NCBI GenBank assembly: GCA_965228735.1
Contig: OZ245838.1
Span: 5,280,001-5,344,000 of the forward strand
DNA from: Planctomycetota bacterium
GTDB taxonomy: Bacteria > Planctomycetota > UBA1135 > UBA2386
Length of the DNA: 64,000 nucleotides
Direction: 5' to 3'
Part shown: positions 17,122-27,837 of the stretch, piece after piece
How positions within the stretch are numbered: position 1 is the stretch's first letter
Layout: every line of letters begins with the position of its first letter
Notes under the pieces: generated by a model
What the model was told of the DNA's origin: nothing
Seen by the model: only the letters and a program-made list of their open reading frames with translations
The model's database searches: none
Made by a program: the position numbers and the translations under genes

Positions 17122-20100
17122 CTACTTCGCGAACCAGTCGCGCAGCCGAAGCGCCAGCGGCACCGTGTCCCACACGCGCACGGTCGAGTCACCCGACGCC
17201 GACACGAGTTGCGTGCCGTCCGGCGAGAACTCGACATCGTGCACGTAGCTCTCGTGGCCGGAGAGCTCGGCGACCTGGCGGCCGACCTCGAGGTCCCACA
17301 GATCGATCGTGCCGCCGTCGAGGCCGATCGCGAGGCGCGTGGCATCGGGTGAGATCGCGATCGAGTAGGCGCCGCTCGGGCCGTCCGCAAAACGCTGGAG
17401 CGCGCGAGCGCCGGCCAGGTCGGTCGGAACGTGCCAGACCTGGATCTCACCCGTGTCCAGACTCATCGCCAGCAGTCGTCGCGCGGGATGCCAGCCGGTT
17501 GCCCGCAGCGATGCCGGGAGCGGCAGCACGTGAAGCATCTCGTCGCCGGTGATGATGCATGCGCCGTCGCCGTGCTGCGCCACTCGTTGGCCGCTGCCGA
17601 TCATGACCTCGCTGAGGCTCGCGTGCCCCTTCGTCGTGACCATGGTCGCGCCGGCGTGCGCCTTCTCGTCCCAGATGCTGGCGCCGTCGTGCTGCTTCGA
17701 GGCGCCGGTCTCGGGCTGCCAGCGCCACGTGATGCTGCGAAGCGGGTGCAGCACGAGCACCGTGCCGTCCTCGGAGCACGACAGACCCGCGGGCCAGTTG
17801 CCGTGCCGCATCGTGTGCAGCAACCGGCCGCTCGCCGCGTCCCAGACGCGCACCGTGTGATCCCAGGCCGCGGTCGCGATCCTCCGACCGTCCGGGCTGA
17901 ACGTCGCGTGGTAGACGAACGTCTCGTGGCTCGTCGCGCCGCCGAGGATCCGGCCGCGACCGACCGACAGCGGCAGCGGTCGCACGCCGCGCGGCCCGGC
18001 ACCGAACCAGATGCCGAGGCGCGAGTCGAACGCCAATGACGTCTGGCCGCCGCCCGGATGCACCGCGATGACATTGTGGCGATCCCGATCGAACAGGCGG
18101 GTCGTGCCGATGTCGACTTCGGCCGACGAACTCGCGAGGCGCCGGGCCCTGCGATCGGTGGCGACCGCGATGATCGGGTCGCGGCCGCCGGCGAAATAGT
18201 CGAGCCGGTCGAACGACTCCGGGTCGCGGATCTCGAGCACGGCGATCGTGCTGTTCAGGAGCACGGGCTCACTGCTGGTCCACACCGGTTGGCACCACGG
18301 TCCGATGCCGTTGAGTCGGCGTTCTCGCAGCAGTGATCCCGTCTCGGCGTCGTAGACCGCGAAGTGCGCCGCACTCTGCGTCACGACCTGGGTGCCGTCC
18401 GGCGACCAGCCGGCGAACTTGTCGTTGCCGAGGGTGGTCCGCGGCCGATCTTCGCCGAGTCCGAAGAGCTCGATCGGCGCCTTGCCGCCCCAGCAGAGGA
18501 CTGCGTTGCCATCGGCGCGAAGCGTCGCGCGGCGGTCGGGGTGGCCCGTTGTCGGCAGATCGGCGACCGTTCTGCCGTCGCGCGTGAGCACCCGGAACAG
18601 CTGCCCGGTTGCCGAGTGCACGAGCACCGTTCCGGCGTCGTTCGAGACCTGGGGACGGCTCGGATCGGGCAGGCCCGTCGCTACGGCGGCCAATACGGCA
18701 TTGGTCGCCGCATCGCGTGCGATCACGCGATCTCCGTCGACGAGTGTCACGATCGCGCGCTCGGAATCCCCGTCGGCGACCGCTCGCACGGTCGCATCTC
18801 CGCTCCAGACCGTGCTGCGATCGAGCCACGCCTCCAGCAGTCGGTGCTCGAACCCGCGCAGTTCCTCGGGGGCCGCGTCCGCATACTGCCGCGCCCGATG
18901 CGGGTCGAGCGCGATCGTGCTGCTGCTCGCCGTGATCATCGCGCGGTAGGTGTCGTGCCGGCCGGCGACGCGCAGCTGTTCGGCGCGCGCGGCGTATACC
19001 AGCGTCGCGACCAGGCCGGCGATCAGCGACACCAGGATCGCGATTCCGGCGGTTACGGCCACGCGGTGACGGCGTGCGAACTTGCGGAGCTGGTACCACG
19101 TCGTCGGCGACCGTGCCTGGATCGGTTCGTCGTCGAGGTAACGCTGCAGATCCGCCGCGAGCTCGCCCGCGCTGCCGTAGCGCCGGCCCGGCTCCTTCGC
19201 GAGGCACTTGCCGACGATGATCTCGAGGTCGCCGGCGCAGTGCGGCGCGATCGCCGAGAGCGGCGGCGGGTCGTCCTGCTGCACCATGCGCAGCGCCTCG
19301 ACGAACGACTCGTTGTCGGGCGCGAGCGGCAGCGCGCCGCCGAGCACCTCGTAGAGCACGACGCCGAGCGAGTAGACGTCGCTGCGAATGTCGATCGCGG
19401 CGCTGCCGCCGATCTGCTCGGGCGACATGTAGGCGAGCGTGCCGACGATCTGCCCGGTCATCGTCATCTGCTCGCGACTCACGTCGTCGGCGACGCGCGC
19501 GATGCCGAAGTCGAGGACCTTGGGCTGCCCGCCGGTGACGAGCACGTTCGCCGGTTTGAGGTCGCGATGGATCACGCCGTGGCGGTGCGCGTGCTCGACG
19601 GCGTCGCAGATCTCGAGCACCATCCGAAGCCGCGCGCGGAGGTCGAGTGATCGCACGGCCGCCAGCAGCGGGACGCCGTCGACGAACTCCATCGCGAGGA
19701 ACGGGATCGACTCGCCGAGCGCCGTCGCCGTGCCGAACTCGATCACCTGCGCGATGCCGCGATGCTGCAATCGGCCGAGCACGTCGGCTTCGTGCTCGAA
19801 GCGCCGGCGGTTGCGTTCGGACGCGACGCCGACGCGTAGCACCTTGACCGCGACCTGGCGCCGCGGGCTCTCCTGCTCGGCGCGGTAGACGCGACCCATG
19901 CCGCCCTCGCCGATCAGCGACAGGATCCGGAACGAGCCGATGCACTCGGGAATCGTCTCGGGCTCGAGGCCGTCGTCGCCCGGCAGGTCCTGGGCGAGCA
20001 GGCGGTCGACGGCGCGCCGCAGCTCACCGTCGTCGCCGCACTCCGTCGCCAGGTAGGCTTCGCGCTCCTGGCCTTGCAGATCGCAGGCGCCGAGGAAGAT

Positions 20101-20127
20101 CGCGCTGAGTCGGGCGTGGTCGGGCAC
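17122..20127 (-). CDS. Hanks-type Ser/Thr protein kinase with TM segment and WD40 repeats
   Basis: IGEGGMGRVY, VAVK, HRDLKPAN, DFGIAR, YMSPEQ, SDVYSLG; GH..V..V.FSPDG repeats; start uncertain. Confidence 0.93.
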   Translation of the reverse strand: MPDHARLSAIFLGACDLQGQEREAYLATECGDDGELRRAVDRLLAQDLPGDDGLEPETIPECIGSFRILSLIGEGGMGRVYRAEQESPRRQVAVKVLRVGVASERNRRRFEHEADVLGRLQHRGIAQVIEFGTATALGESIPFLAMEFVDGVPLLAAVRSLDLRARLRMVLEICDAVEHAHRHGVIHRDLKPANVLVTGGQPKVLDFGIARVADDVSREQMTMTGQIVGTLAYMSPEQIGGSAAIDIRSDVYSLGVVLYEVLGGALPLAPDNESFVEALRMVQQDDPPPLSAIAPHCAGDLEIIVGKCLAKEPGRRYGSAGELAADLQRYLDDEPIQARSPTTWYQLRKFARRHRVAVTAGIAILVSLIAGLVATLVYAARAEQLRVAGRHDTYRAMITASSSTIALDPHRARQYADAAPEELRGFEHRLLEAWLDRSTVWSGDATVRAVADGDSERAIVTLVDGDRVIARDAATNAVLAAVATGLPDPSRPQVSNDAGTVLVHSATGQLFRVLTRDGRTVADLPTTGHPDRRATLRADGNAVLCWGGKAPIELFGLGEDRPRTTLGNDKFAGWSPDGTQVVTQSAAHFAVYDAETGSLLRERRLNGIGPWCQPVWTSSEPVLLNSTIAVLEIRDPESFDRLDYFAGGRDPIIAVATDRRARRLASSSAEVDIGTTRLFDRDRHNVIAVHPGGGQTSLAFDSRLGIWFGAGPRGVRPLPLSVGRGRILGGATSHETFVYHATFSPDGRRIATAAWDHTVRVWDAASGRLLHTMRHGNWPAGLSCSEDGTVLVLHPLRSITWRWQPETGASKQHDGASIWDEKAHAGATMVTTKGHASLSEVMIGSGQRVAQHGDGACIITGDEMLHVLPLPASLRATGWHPARRLLAMSLDTGEIQVWHVPTDLAGARALQRFADGPSGAYSIAISPDATRLAIGLDGGTIDLWDLEVGRQVAELSGHESYVHDVEFSPDGTQLVSASGDSTVRVWDTVPLALRLRDWFAK

Positions 20128-20235
20128 GCCAGTCAGAGTGCGCCGTAAGTCGAGTTCTGACAAGTTCCCCGGAGCAGCGCGCCGAAATCGGCGGACGCCG
20201 TTGCCCCGTTCGTCGCCGGAACGCGAGGAGGAGGC

Positions 20236-23200
20236 ATGAGCCCGCGACTCTCGTCCCTGTTCCTCCTGACCGCAGCACTCTCAGCCCAGCAGCCGTGCGA
20301 GCTCGTCCATGACGCCAACCAGACCGGCTTCGAGCGCTCGGGCTCACCGCGCGCAGACAACGCGGACGCCGATGCCAACGAGTTCGTGCGCTGCGGCAAC
20401 CACTGGTACTTCGTCGCCCAGACGTTCGACGCGGGCTACGAGGTCTGGCGGACCGACGGCACGACCGCCGGCACCCACCTGGTGCGCGATGTCATCCCGG
20501 GTCGGGACAGCAGCTTCCCGCTGTCGCTGATCTGCTTCCAGGGCGCGGTCTACTTCAAGGTCGGAGGAGGCGCGGCCTACAACGGTGTCTGGCGCAGTGA
20601 TGGCACCGCCGCAGGGACGACGCGGATCTTCGCGGGTGTCGCCAGCGAGCTCGGCGTATGGGGTTCGAGCCTCGTGTTCACGGCCTTCGTCTCGAGCACC
20701 GGTCAGAGCTCGCTCTACCTGAGTGACGGCACGGCCGCGGGCACGACGGCGGTGACGTCGGGAGTCCATGCCGGTGCGGACTACGTGCCGCTGCCTGCGA
20801 GCAACGTGCTCATGTTCGTCGCGCAGAACGGCACGCAGGGCGACGAACTCTGGCGCACCGACGGCACCGCGGCCGGCACGTTTCAGGTGAAGGACATCCG
20901 GCCTGGAGCGTTTGGCAGTGACATCCATCAACTCACGCCGGTCGGCAACCGGCTCGTGTTCTCGGCGCGGGTCAGCACGACCAACGGCACCGATCTGTGG
21001 GTCACCGACGGCACGACGGCCGGCACGACGCTTCTCAAGGACGTCGCCCCGGCATCGCCGTTCGGCGCGATCTACGACCTGCGCGACAGCCACGGGCACG
21101 TCACGATGCTCGGGGGCGATCTGCTGTTCAGCGCCCGGGGCCACCTCAGCACGAACTTCTGGCGCACGGACGGCACGCCCGCCGGCACCGTGCAGTTGCC
21201 GATCCCGGTGGGGTTGCTCCTCACCGAGTTCGTGATGAGTGGTTCCGTGCTCTACTACACCGGGCAGACGGTTGCGGCCGGCGAGGAGCTGTGGCGGTGG
21301 GACGGGACGAATGCGAGTCTCGTGCGCGATCTCCACGCTGGCGCGGCGGACAGTTCGCCCGCAGATCTGACGCTCATGCCGAACGGCGAGCTGCTGTTCA
21401 CGGCCGAAGTCGCGAGCACCGGGCGCGAGCTCTACCGCACCGACGGCACCTTCGCCGGGACCTACCGCGTGCGCGACATCCAGGCCGGTCCCGAGAGCGG
21501 TAGCCCGCGCGTCCTCACGGCGCTCGGGAGCGGGTCGCTCGCGATCTTCTCCGCCAAGGATCCCGAACGCGGCCACGGCGGCGAAGAACTCTGGATCACG
21601 GACGGCACGGGAGCGGGGACCGACCTGCTCGCGGATATCAACCCGGGCTGGGAGACGGAAGACGCCTACGGGGCGCCGCGCTGGAGCAGCGCGTCGGGCA
21701 AGCTCTACTTCCTGGCGACGACAGCCAACGAAGGTCGCGAGGTCTGGGTGACCGACGGCACGGCGGCAGGCACGCGACTGATCGGGGACATCAAACCCGG
21801 CACGGCGTCGAGTCAGGCCAGTCAGTTCGGCGACGTCTTCGACGGCACGTCGGTCCAGACCCTGTTTCTCGCCGACGACGGCACCCACGGCAAGGAACCG
21901 TGGATCACCGACGGCACGCCGGCCGGAACGCGTCTGCTGCGCGACATCAACCCGACCGGCAACAGCAACGCGTCGAGGTTCGTGATGTTCGGTGGTCGGA
22001 CGTGGTTCACGGCGACGACGGCCTCCCACGGCCAGGAACTCTGGGTCACGGACGGCACGATGGCCGGCACGCAGCAGTTCCTGGACGTGCGGCCGGGCAG
22101 TGCCGGCTCGGCGCCGCTGCCCGCGTGCGTTCTCGGCGGCAAGCTGTTCTTCGTCGCCGACGACGGCGTGCACGGTCGCGAGCTCTGGTGCACGGACGGC
22201 ACGGTCGCCGGCACGATGATGCTGCGTGACATTGGCGGCGCGTCCGCCGCAGCGCCGGGCGGGGTGACGCCACTCGGTGGCATCGTGCTGTTCTACGCGG
22301 AAGGCCCCGAGGGCGGTGAGCTGTGGCGTTCGGATGGCACGCCGGGCGGGACCGTCCTCGTTACCGACCTCGTGCCCGGCAGCGGCAGCAGCTGGCCGAA
22401 CTACTTCACGGAGCTCGACGGCGAGGTGATCTTCTCGGCCAGCGGCGCCGCCTACGGCATCTGGAAGACCGACGGCACCGCGGCCGGAACGGTGCCGCTG
22501 CTGTCGGGTTTGAACGGCAACAAACTCACCGCGGGTGGTGGCCTCGTCTTCTTCACCGCCAGCCAGACCGGGCCGACGACGGGCCACGAACTCTGGGCCA
22601 CCGACGGCACGGCTGCCGGCACGGGTCTCGTTGCCGACATCCAGCCGGGGTCCGTCGGGTCCGATCCGGACTTCCTCACGCCGGGGGGTGGTGGCGTCTA
22701 CTTCCGCGCCGACGACGGCGTGCACGGCAAGGAGGTGTGGTTCAGCGACGGGACGGCGGCTGGCACGACCCTCGTCCATGACCTCGACCCGGACGATCAC
22801 ATCTATCACGCGTTCCCGATCCTGGCGCACGACGGCGGGATCTACTTCCCGGGCTACGAGCCGCTGCACGGCTCCGAACTGCGCGTCATTCGCGATGTCG
22901 CGACCGTTTCCGAGCTCGGCCCCGGCTGCGGTGTGGCGCCGCCGACGTTGCGCTCGACGACGCCGCAGCTCGGCGTGGGCGCGGTGTTGTCCGGCACGTC
23001 GCCGACCGCCAACGTCTCGGCGCTCGTCGTTGGTATCGGTCGAGGACAGCCGTTCACGCTCGCACCGATCCTGCCGGCCGACTGCGTGGCATGGATCGGA
23101 CTCACGCAACCGAGCGCGACCGTCCTGGTGTTCGGTTCGCAGTGGTCCTACCAGCTCGCGATCCCGGCCTCGACGACGTTTGCCGGCGTCCGCTTCGTCG

Positions 23201-23268
23201 CCCAGGTCGTGCATGCCTCGACTCCGCTCGCGCTGAGCCGCGCGTTGCAGTTGCGGGTGGGCAACTAA
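20236..23268 (+). CDS. Secreted ELWxxDGT-repeat protein
   Basis: GAGGAGG RBS, signal peptide, more than ten ELW(R/V/I)TDGTAAGT-type repeats. Confidence 0.92.
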   Translation: MSPRLSSLFLLTAALSAQQPCELVHDANQTGFERSGSPRADNADADANEFVRCGNHWYFVAQTFDAGYEVWRTDGTTAGTHLVRDVIPGRDSSFPLSLICFQGAVYFKVGGGAAYNGVWRSDGTAAGTTRIFAGVASELGVWGSSLVFTAFVSSTGQSSLYLSDGTAAGTTAVTSGVHAGADYVPLPASNVLMFVAQNGTQGDELWRTDGTAAGTFQVKDIRPGAFGSDIHQLTPVGNRLVFSARVSTTNGTDLWVTDGTTAGTTLLKDVAPASPFGAIYDLRDSHGHVTMLGGDLLFSARGHLSTNFWRTDGTPAGTVQLPIPVGLLLTEFVMSGSVLYYTGQTVAAGEELWRWDGTNASLVRDLHAGAADSSPADLTLMPNGELLFTAEVASTGRELYRTDGTFAGTYRVRDIQAGPESGSPRVLTALGSGSLAIFSAKDPERGHGGEELWITDGTGAGTDLLADINPGWETEDAYGAPRWSSASGKLYFLATTANEGREVWVTDGTAAGTRLIGDIKPGTASSQASQFGDVFDGTSVQTLFLADDGTHGKEPWITDGTPAGTRLLRDINPTGNSNASRFVMFGGRTWFTATTASHGQELWVTDGTMAGTQQFLDVRPGSAGSAPLPACVLGGKLFFVADDGVHGRELWCTDGTVAGTMMLRDIGGASAAAPGGVTPLGGIVLFYAEGPEGGELWRSDGTPGGTVLVTDLVPGSGSSWPNYFTELDGEVIFSASGAAYGIWKTDGTAAGTVPLLSGLNGNKLTAGGGLVFFTASQTGPTTGHELWATDGTAAGTGLVADIQPGSVGSDPDFLTPGGGGVYFRADDGVHGKEVWFSDGTAAGTTLVHDLDPDDHIYHAFPILAHDGGIYFPGYEPLHGSELRVIRDVATVSELGPGCGVAPPTLRSTTPQLGVGAVLSGTSPTANVSALVVGIGRGQPFTLAPILPADCVAWIGLTQPSATVLVFGSQWSYQLAIPASTTFAGVRFVAQVVHASTPLALSRALQLRVGN

Positions 23269-23331
23269 CCTGTAACGGGCGAGCGGCGGTTCGGCGCCAG
23301 GTGGGCGGGCCGAGTATCGTCGTGGCGCCCG

Positions 23332-26268
23332 ATGAACCGGATCTTCCTCGTTGTCGTTGTCGTCGCGGCCGTCGTGGCCGCGGTGCTCTGGTCGCGCGCG
23401 GACGACGGTCTGCGCCCCGAGCCGGTCGAGCCCGGTACCGCTTCGGCCGTGATCGATGGCGAGGCGGCGTCCGTCACGACGGCCGCCGTCGATGTCGAGT
23501 CGCCAGTCGAGGAGAACGACGCTGACACCGAGTCGTTCTTGCGCGCCGCGGCGGGCGAGACCGAAGTCGAAGCGGAGGGGCGTCCGCTCGTCGTGCAGGT
23601 CTGGCTACAGCAGAAGGGCGTGCCCGCGTCCGGCGCCGAGGTGTTCGTCGTCGAAGGCTCGGACGAGACCAAGGAGCGCAGCGAGAACCCGTTCGCCGGG
23701 CACATCAGCGCGCTCGCCGAGACCGAGGGCCAGCGGTTCGAGGCCGATGAGCAGGGCCGCGTCGAGCTGCCGCCCGTGCGCGAGTGGGCGATCCTCGCGG
23801 CGCGCACGCCGGGCACGTTCGGCAGCGAGGTCATCGGCCGCAAGCACCCCGCGGTCGTCACGATCACGCTGCAGGCCGACGAGACCGTTACGGTGCGGGT
23901 TGTCGACGCCGAGGGCGCGGGCGTCCCGGACGTCCCGGTCGGCATCGTGCAGCATGCGCCGCGACGCGCCGGGCGGGAGCGGGCGATGCGGAACCTCGCC
24001 AATCTCGAGCGTGGCATGAAGGACCTTTGGGAGTGGATGCAGCAGAACCCGCAGCAGGCCGAGCGCGGCCGGCAGAAGCTCCAGGCAATGAAGGCGGAGT
24101 ACGGGCGGGTCCAGGCCCGACTCGACGGCAAGGGCAAGAAGGTGGACGGCGGCGAGAAGTGGCGCGCCGCCATCGCAGCACGCAAGGCGCGCGTGCAGGC
24201 GAGTCAGGAACTGCTGGAAACGCGACCCGAGCTGCGCGCGCGCCGGCGCACCGACGACCGCGGGTTCGCGGTCATCCGGCACTTCCAGATCTATCGCAAC
24301 GACGGTGACGAGTTCTGGCCCGAGGCGCAACGCGATTGCTTCGAAGCCGTGTTGCTCATGCCGCTAGCGCGGCCCGAGTCGCGACCGTTCGCGGGGCGTC
24401 CCGTGCCCGAGGAGGTCCTCGAGTTGCGGATGCCGGCGACCGGCAGCCTCGCGCTGCGCACGGTCGACCGCGACGGGCGGCCGTTCTCGCATCCGGTGCA
24501 CGCCGAGTTGCGCATCGACGCGGAGAACGCGGTGCGCTGGTCGCAGCTCGGTGCGCGGAAGGAGCAGAACGAAGCGGCGATCGTCTTCCCGTTCGTCGGG
24601 CTCGATCTGCTGTTCCGCGCGAGCTGTCGCCTCGACGACGACGACTTCCGCTGGCAGACGCCGCAGTTTGCCGGGCCGAAGGTCGCGGGCGAGCGCGTCG
24701 AGGTCGACCTCGTCGTCGCGCCCGACGCGGGCATGCTGTTCGGTCGGCTCCTCGACGCGGCCGGCGAGCCGCTGCGCGACGAAGAGGTCACCTTCCTGAT
24801 CAACAGCGTCGCCGGGCGCATCGAGGGCGAAGAGGTGCGGCTCGACGACGACGGTCGGTTCCACCTGCCGTACGAGGTGCAGGGGCCGCACCGGCCGCCT
24901 TTCCGCCTGCAGATCCGGCGGCCGGGCGTCGTGCCGGTCGCTGGGCGTGCGTTGCCCCTGGCCCAGCTGCCGACCGCGCACGTCACCGACCTGGGCGACG
25001 TGCAGATCGGCAACTTCGCGGTCGTGGCGCACGGCACGGTCGTCGACGACGCGGGCGCGCCGATCCCGGGGGCGCACGTGCAGCTCGAACGTGAACGGGT
25101 GGTCGATAGCGAGAGCGGTCGGACTGATTTCCGAGCGGAGGAGTTCTGCAGCGTGCGCACCGGCGCCGACGGCCGCTTCGAGCTGTTCGGCGACCTCGAG
25201 CGCGGACGCTACCACCTGCGGATCGATGCCGAGGACCACTTCCATGTCGAGACGCCGGACCTGCGACGTGACGGCGGCCCGACGCTCGTCGAGATGGAGC
25301 GCAAGGCGCGCGTGCTCGGCACCGTGCTCGCGCCCGAGTGGATGCGACGCGAACGCGTGCACGTCGACCTCGTGCCGAAGAACGTGCCGAATGCGCGACC
25401 CGGCGAGGCCAAGCCCCGCAACGACCGGCTGCACGACCACAAGGGCCGGACCTACGCCTACTTCGATTGGGTGCGGCCCGGCACCTACGACCTCGCGTTC
25501 CGGCTGCAGGGCTACCCCGATCCGTTCTTGCGGATCGACCACCTCGTGCTCTTGCCGGGGCAGCACGGGCTGCACCCGCGGCTCTGCGATCTCGATCTCG
25601 GGGCCTACATCTTCCGCTTCGAGATCCACCCCGTGGACGAGAACGGCCAGCCGGTCGAGGTCGATCGGCCGCAGCTGACGCGCGTGACCCGCAGCGACGG
25701 CCGGCAGCAGTGGATCGGCCTCGTGATGAAGGGCCGCGTCGGCGAAGTGTTCAGCACGACGCAGCAACTCGAAGTCCTGCCGATGGCGACCGGCTACGTC
25801 GCCGACCGGCAGGTCCTGGCACCGGGACGTTCCGAAGTCGTCTACCGCCGCGTGCCGCCGGTCGAACTCACGTTCGCCGGGCTCGCGGCACTGAGCGCCG
25901 ACGTCGAGGTTCAGGTACTGCTCGAACGCCTCGAGCTCGACGGGCGCCCGCAGGAGCTCGAGTCCTTCGATGGCATGAGCAAGCGCATCGCGAACTGGTA
26001 TGCCCGCGCCCGCTTCACCTCAGCCACGCTCGGCGTCGACGACCAGGCCAGCATTGCGGTGACCGCCGGCGGCCCGCACCGCGTCCTCCTGCGCTTCGGC
26101 GTGGGGCAGAAGATCCGCCCGCCGACGGTCGAGCTCGACGCGGTCGAGGTCGAGGTCACGCCGGGCGGCAGCTCACCGCGGATCGCGGTCCCGTTCGACC
26201 TGCCGGTCGTGCAGCAGGCGATCGCCGATGCGCGTCAACGGCTGGCGCAGCGGCAGAACGGGCGTTGA
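23332..26268 (+). CDS. Membrane-anchored protein with carboxypeptidase-regulatory-like (Ig-like) repeats
   Basis: N-terminal TM; VRVVDAEGAGVPDV, GRLLDAAGEPL, GTVVDDAGAPIPGAHV repeats. Confidence 0.75.
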   Translation: MNRIFLVVVVVAAVVAAVLWSRADDGLRPEPVEPGTASAVIDGEAASVTTAAVDVESPVEENDADTESFLRAAAGETEVEAEGRPLVVQVWLQQKGVPASGAEVFVVEGSDETKERSENPFAGHISALAETEGQRFEADEQGRVELPPVREWAILAARTPGTFGSEVIGRKHPAVVTITLQADETVTVRVVDAEGAGVPDVPVGIVQHAPRRAGRERAMRNLANLERGMKDLWEWMQQNPQQAERGRQKLQAMKAEYGRVQARLDGKGKKVDGGEKWRAAIAARKARVQASQELLETRPELRARRRTDDRGFAVIRHFQIYRNDGDEFWPEAQRDCFEAVLLMPLARPESRPFAGRPVPEEVLELRMPATGSLALRTVDRDGRPFSHPVHAELRIDAENAVRWSQLGARKEQNEAAIVFPFVGLDLLFRASCRLDDDDFRWQTPQFAGPKVAGERVEVDLVVAPDAGMLFGRLLDAAGEPLRDEEVTFLINSVAGRIEGEEVRLDDDGRFHLPYEVQGPHRPPFRLQIRRPGVVPVAGRALPLAQLPTAHVTDLGDVQIGNFAVVAHGTVVDDAGAPIPGAHVQLERERVVDSESGRTDFRAEEFCSVRTGADGRFELFGDLERGRYHLRIDAEDHFHVETPDLRRDGGPTLVEMERKARVLGTVLAPEWMRRERVHVDLVPKNVPNARPGEAKPRNDRLHDHKGRTYAYFDWVRPGTYDLAFRLQGYPDPFLRIDHLVLLPGQHGLHPRLCDLDLGAYIFRFEIHPVDENGQPVEVDRPQLTRVTRSDGRQQWIGLVMKGRVGEVFSTTQQLEVLPMATGYVADRQVLAPGRSEVVYRRVPPVELTFAGLAALSADVEVQVLLERLELDGRPQELESFDGMSKRIANWYARARFTSATLGVDDQASIAVTAGGPHRVLLRFGVGQKIRPPTVELDAVEVEVTPGGSSPRIAVPFDLPVVQQAIADARQRLAQRQNGR

Positions 26269-26275
26269 GGTCGAG

Positions 26276-27718
26276 CTATTCCGGCAGCGTCGCGTACTTG
26301 ATCCCGGCCATCCGCTGCGCGACGCGCACGACCTGCATGCTGTAGCCGAACTCGTTGTCGTACCAGACATACAGCACGGCGCGATCGCCGTTCACGATCG
26401 TCGCGGCCGAGTCGACGATGCCGGCGTAGCGCGAACCGACGAGGTCGGTCGAGGAGATCTCGGTCGACGTCGTGTAGTCGATCTGCTGCGACAGCGGCGA
26501 GTAGAGGGCGGCCTTGCGCAGGTAGGCGTTGATCTCCTCGACGGTCGTCGCCTTCTCGAGCGAGAGGTTGAGGATCGCGAGCGACACGTTGGGGGTCGGC
26601 ACGCGGATCGCGTTGCCGGTGAGCTTGCCGCCGAGCTCGGGGATCGCCTTCGCAACGGCCTTGGCCGCACCCGTCTCGGTGATCACCATGTTGAGCGCGG
26701 CCGCGCGGCCGCGGCGGGTCTTCTTGTGGTAGTTGTCGATCAGGTTCTGGTCGTTGGTGTACGAGTGCACCGTCTCCACGTGGCCGCCCTGGATGCCGAA
26801 CCCGTCGAGCACCGCGCGCAGCACGGGCGTGATCGCGTTGGTCGTGCAGCTCGCGGCCGACAGGATCGCATCGTCCCCGATCGCGTCGTCGTTGACGCCG
26901 TAGACGATGTTCTTGATGTCGCCCTTGCCGGGCGCGGTGAGCAGCGCCTTCTTGGTGCCCTTCGTCTGCAGGTGCAGGCCGAGTCCGGCTTCGTCGCGCC
27001 AGATGCCGGTGTTGTCGATGACGATCGCGTCGTTGATCCCGTGCGCGGTGTAGTCGACCTGGTCGGGCGAGTCGGAGTAGATGATCTTGATGAAGTGACC
27101 GTTGGCGATGAGCGCGTTGTTCTCGTCGTCGATGAGGATCGAACCCGAGAAGCGCCCGTGCACGGAGTCGCGCCGCAGCAGGTTGGCGCGCTTGCGCAGG
27201 TCGTCCTCGGCGCCGCGGCGCACGACGATCGCGCGCAGGCGCAAAGTCTCACCGCTGCCGGTGCGTTCGATGAGCAGGCGCGCGAGCAGGCGGCCGATGC
27301 GGCCGAAGCCGTAGAGCACGATGTCCTGGGGCTTCTCGAGCACGCGCTCGGGCAGTTTCTCGTGACCCTTGAGCCGGTCGCGCACGAACGCCGCGGCGTC
27401 GGGCGAGCGCCCGGCCCGGATCCACTCGACCGCGAGCCGACCGAGGTCGACCCGGCATGGCCGCAGCTCCATCTTCGCCATCTCTTCGAGCAGCGGGAAC
27501 GTGTCCCGGATCGACAGCTCACTCTCCTCGATCTTCCGCACCCAGCGATGCTCGCGCAGGATGTCGATCGGCGACTTCTCGATCAGGGGGCGCCCGTACA
27601 TGATCGGCACGACGGTGCGGTCGCGGAACAACGTCCCGATGATGGGCAGCGCCGCCTCGGCGAGCAGGACGCGCTCGTTCCAGTCCTTGAGATGACGATC
27701 GGAGAGTTCTTGGCTCAT
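26276..27718 (-). CDS. gap: Glyceraldehyde-3-phosphate dehydrogenase, long N-terminally extended type
   Basis: LYGFGRIGR, SAASCTTNA, TGAAKAV, RVPTPNVS, WYDNEFGYS. Confidence 0.95.
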   Translation of the reverse strand: MSQELSDRHLKDWNERVLLAEAALPIIGTLFRDRTVVPIMYGRPLIEKSPIDILREHRWVRKIEESELSIRDTFPLLEEMAKMELRPCRVDLGRLAVEWIRAGRSPDAAAFVRDRLKGHEKLPERVLEKPQDIVLYGFGRIGRLLARLLIERTGSGETLRLRAIVVRRGAEDDLRKRANLLRRDSVHGRFSGSILIDDENNALIANGHFIKIIYSDSPDQVDYTAHGINDAIVIDNTGIWRDEAGLGLHLQTKGTKKALLTAPGKGDIKNIVYGVNDDAIGDDAILSAASCTTNAITPVLRAVLDGFGIQGGHVETVHSYTNDQNLIDNYHKKTRRGRAAALNMVITETGAAKAVAKAIPELGGKLTGNAIRVPTPNVSLAILNLSLEKATTVEEINAYLRKAALYSPLSQQIDYTTSTEISSTDLVGSRYAGIVDSAATIVNGDRAVLYVWYDNEFGYSMQVVRVAQRMAGIKYATLPE

Positions 27719-27837
27719 GTTGGCTCGGGCGCGGCCCGGGGGATGGCAGCGCGGATTTCGGGGGGAACGAGCTTAGCCACCCGGCTCCGGATGCCAAAGC
27801 CGAACGGGGCTGCCGGGCCGCAGAAACAGCGGCGCGG

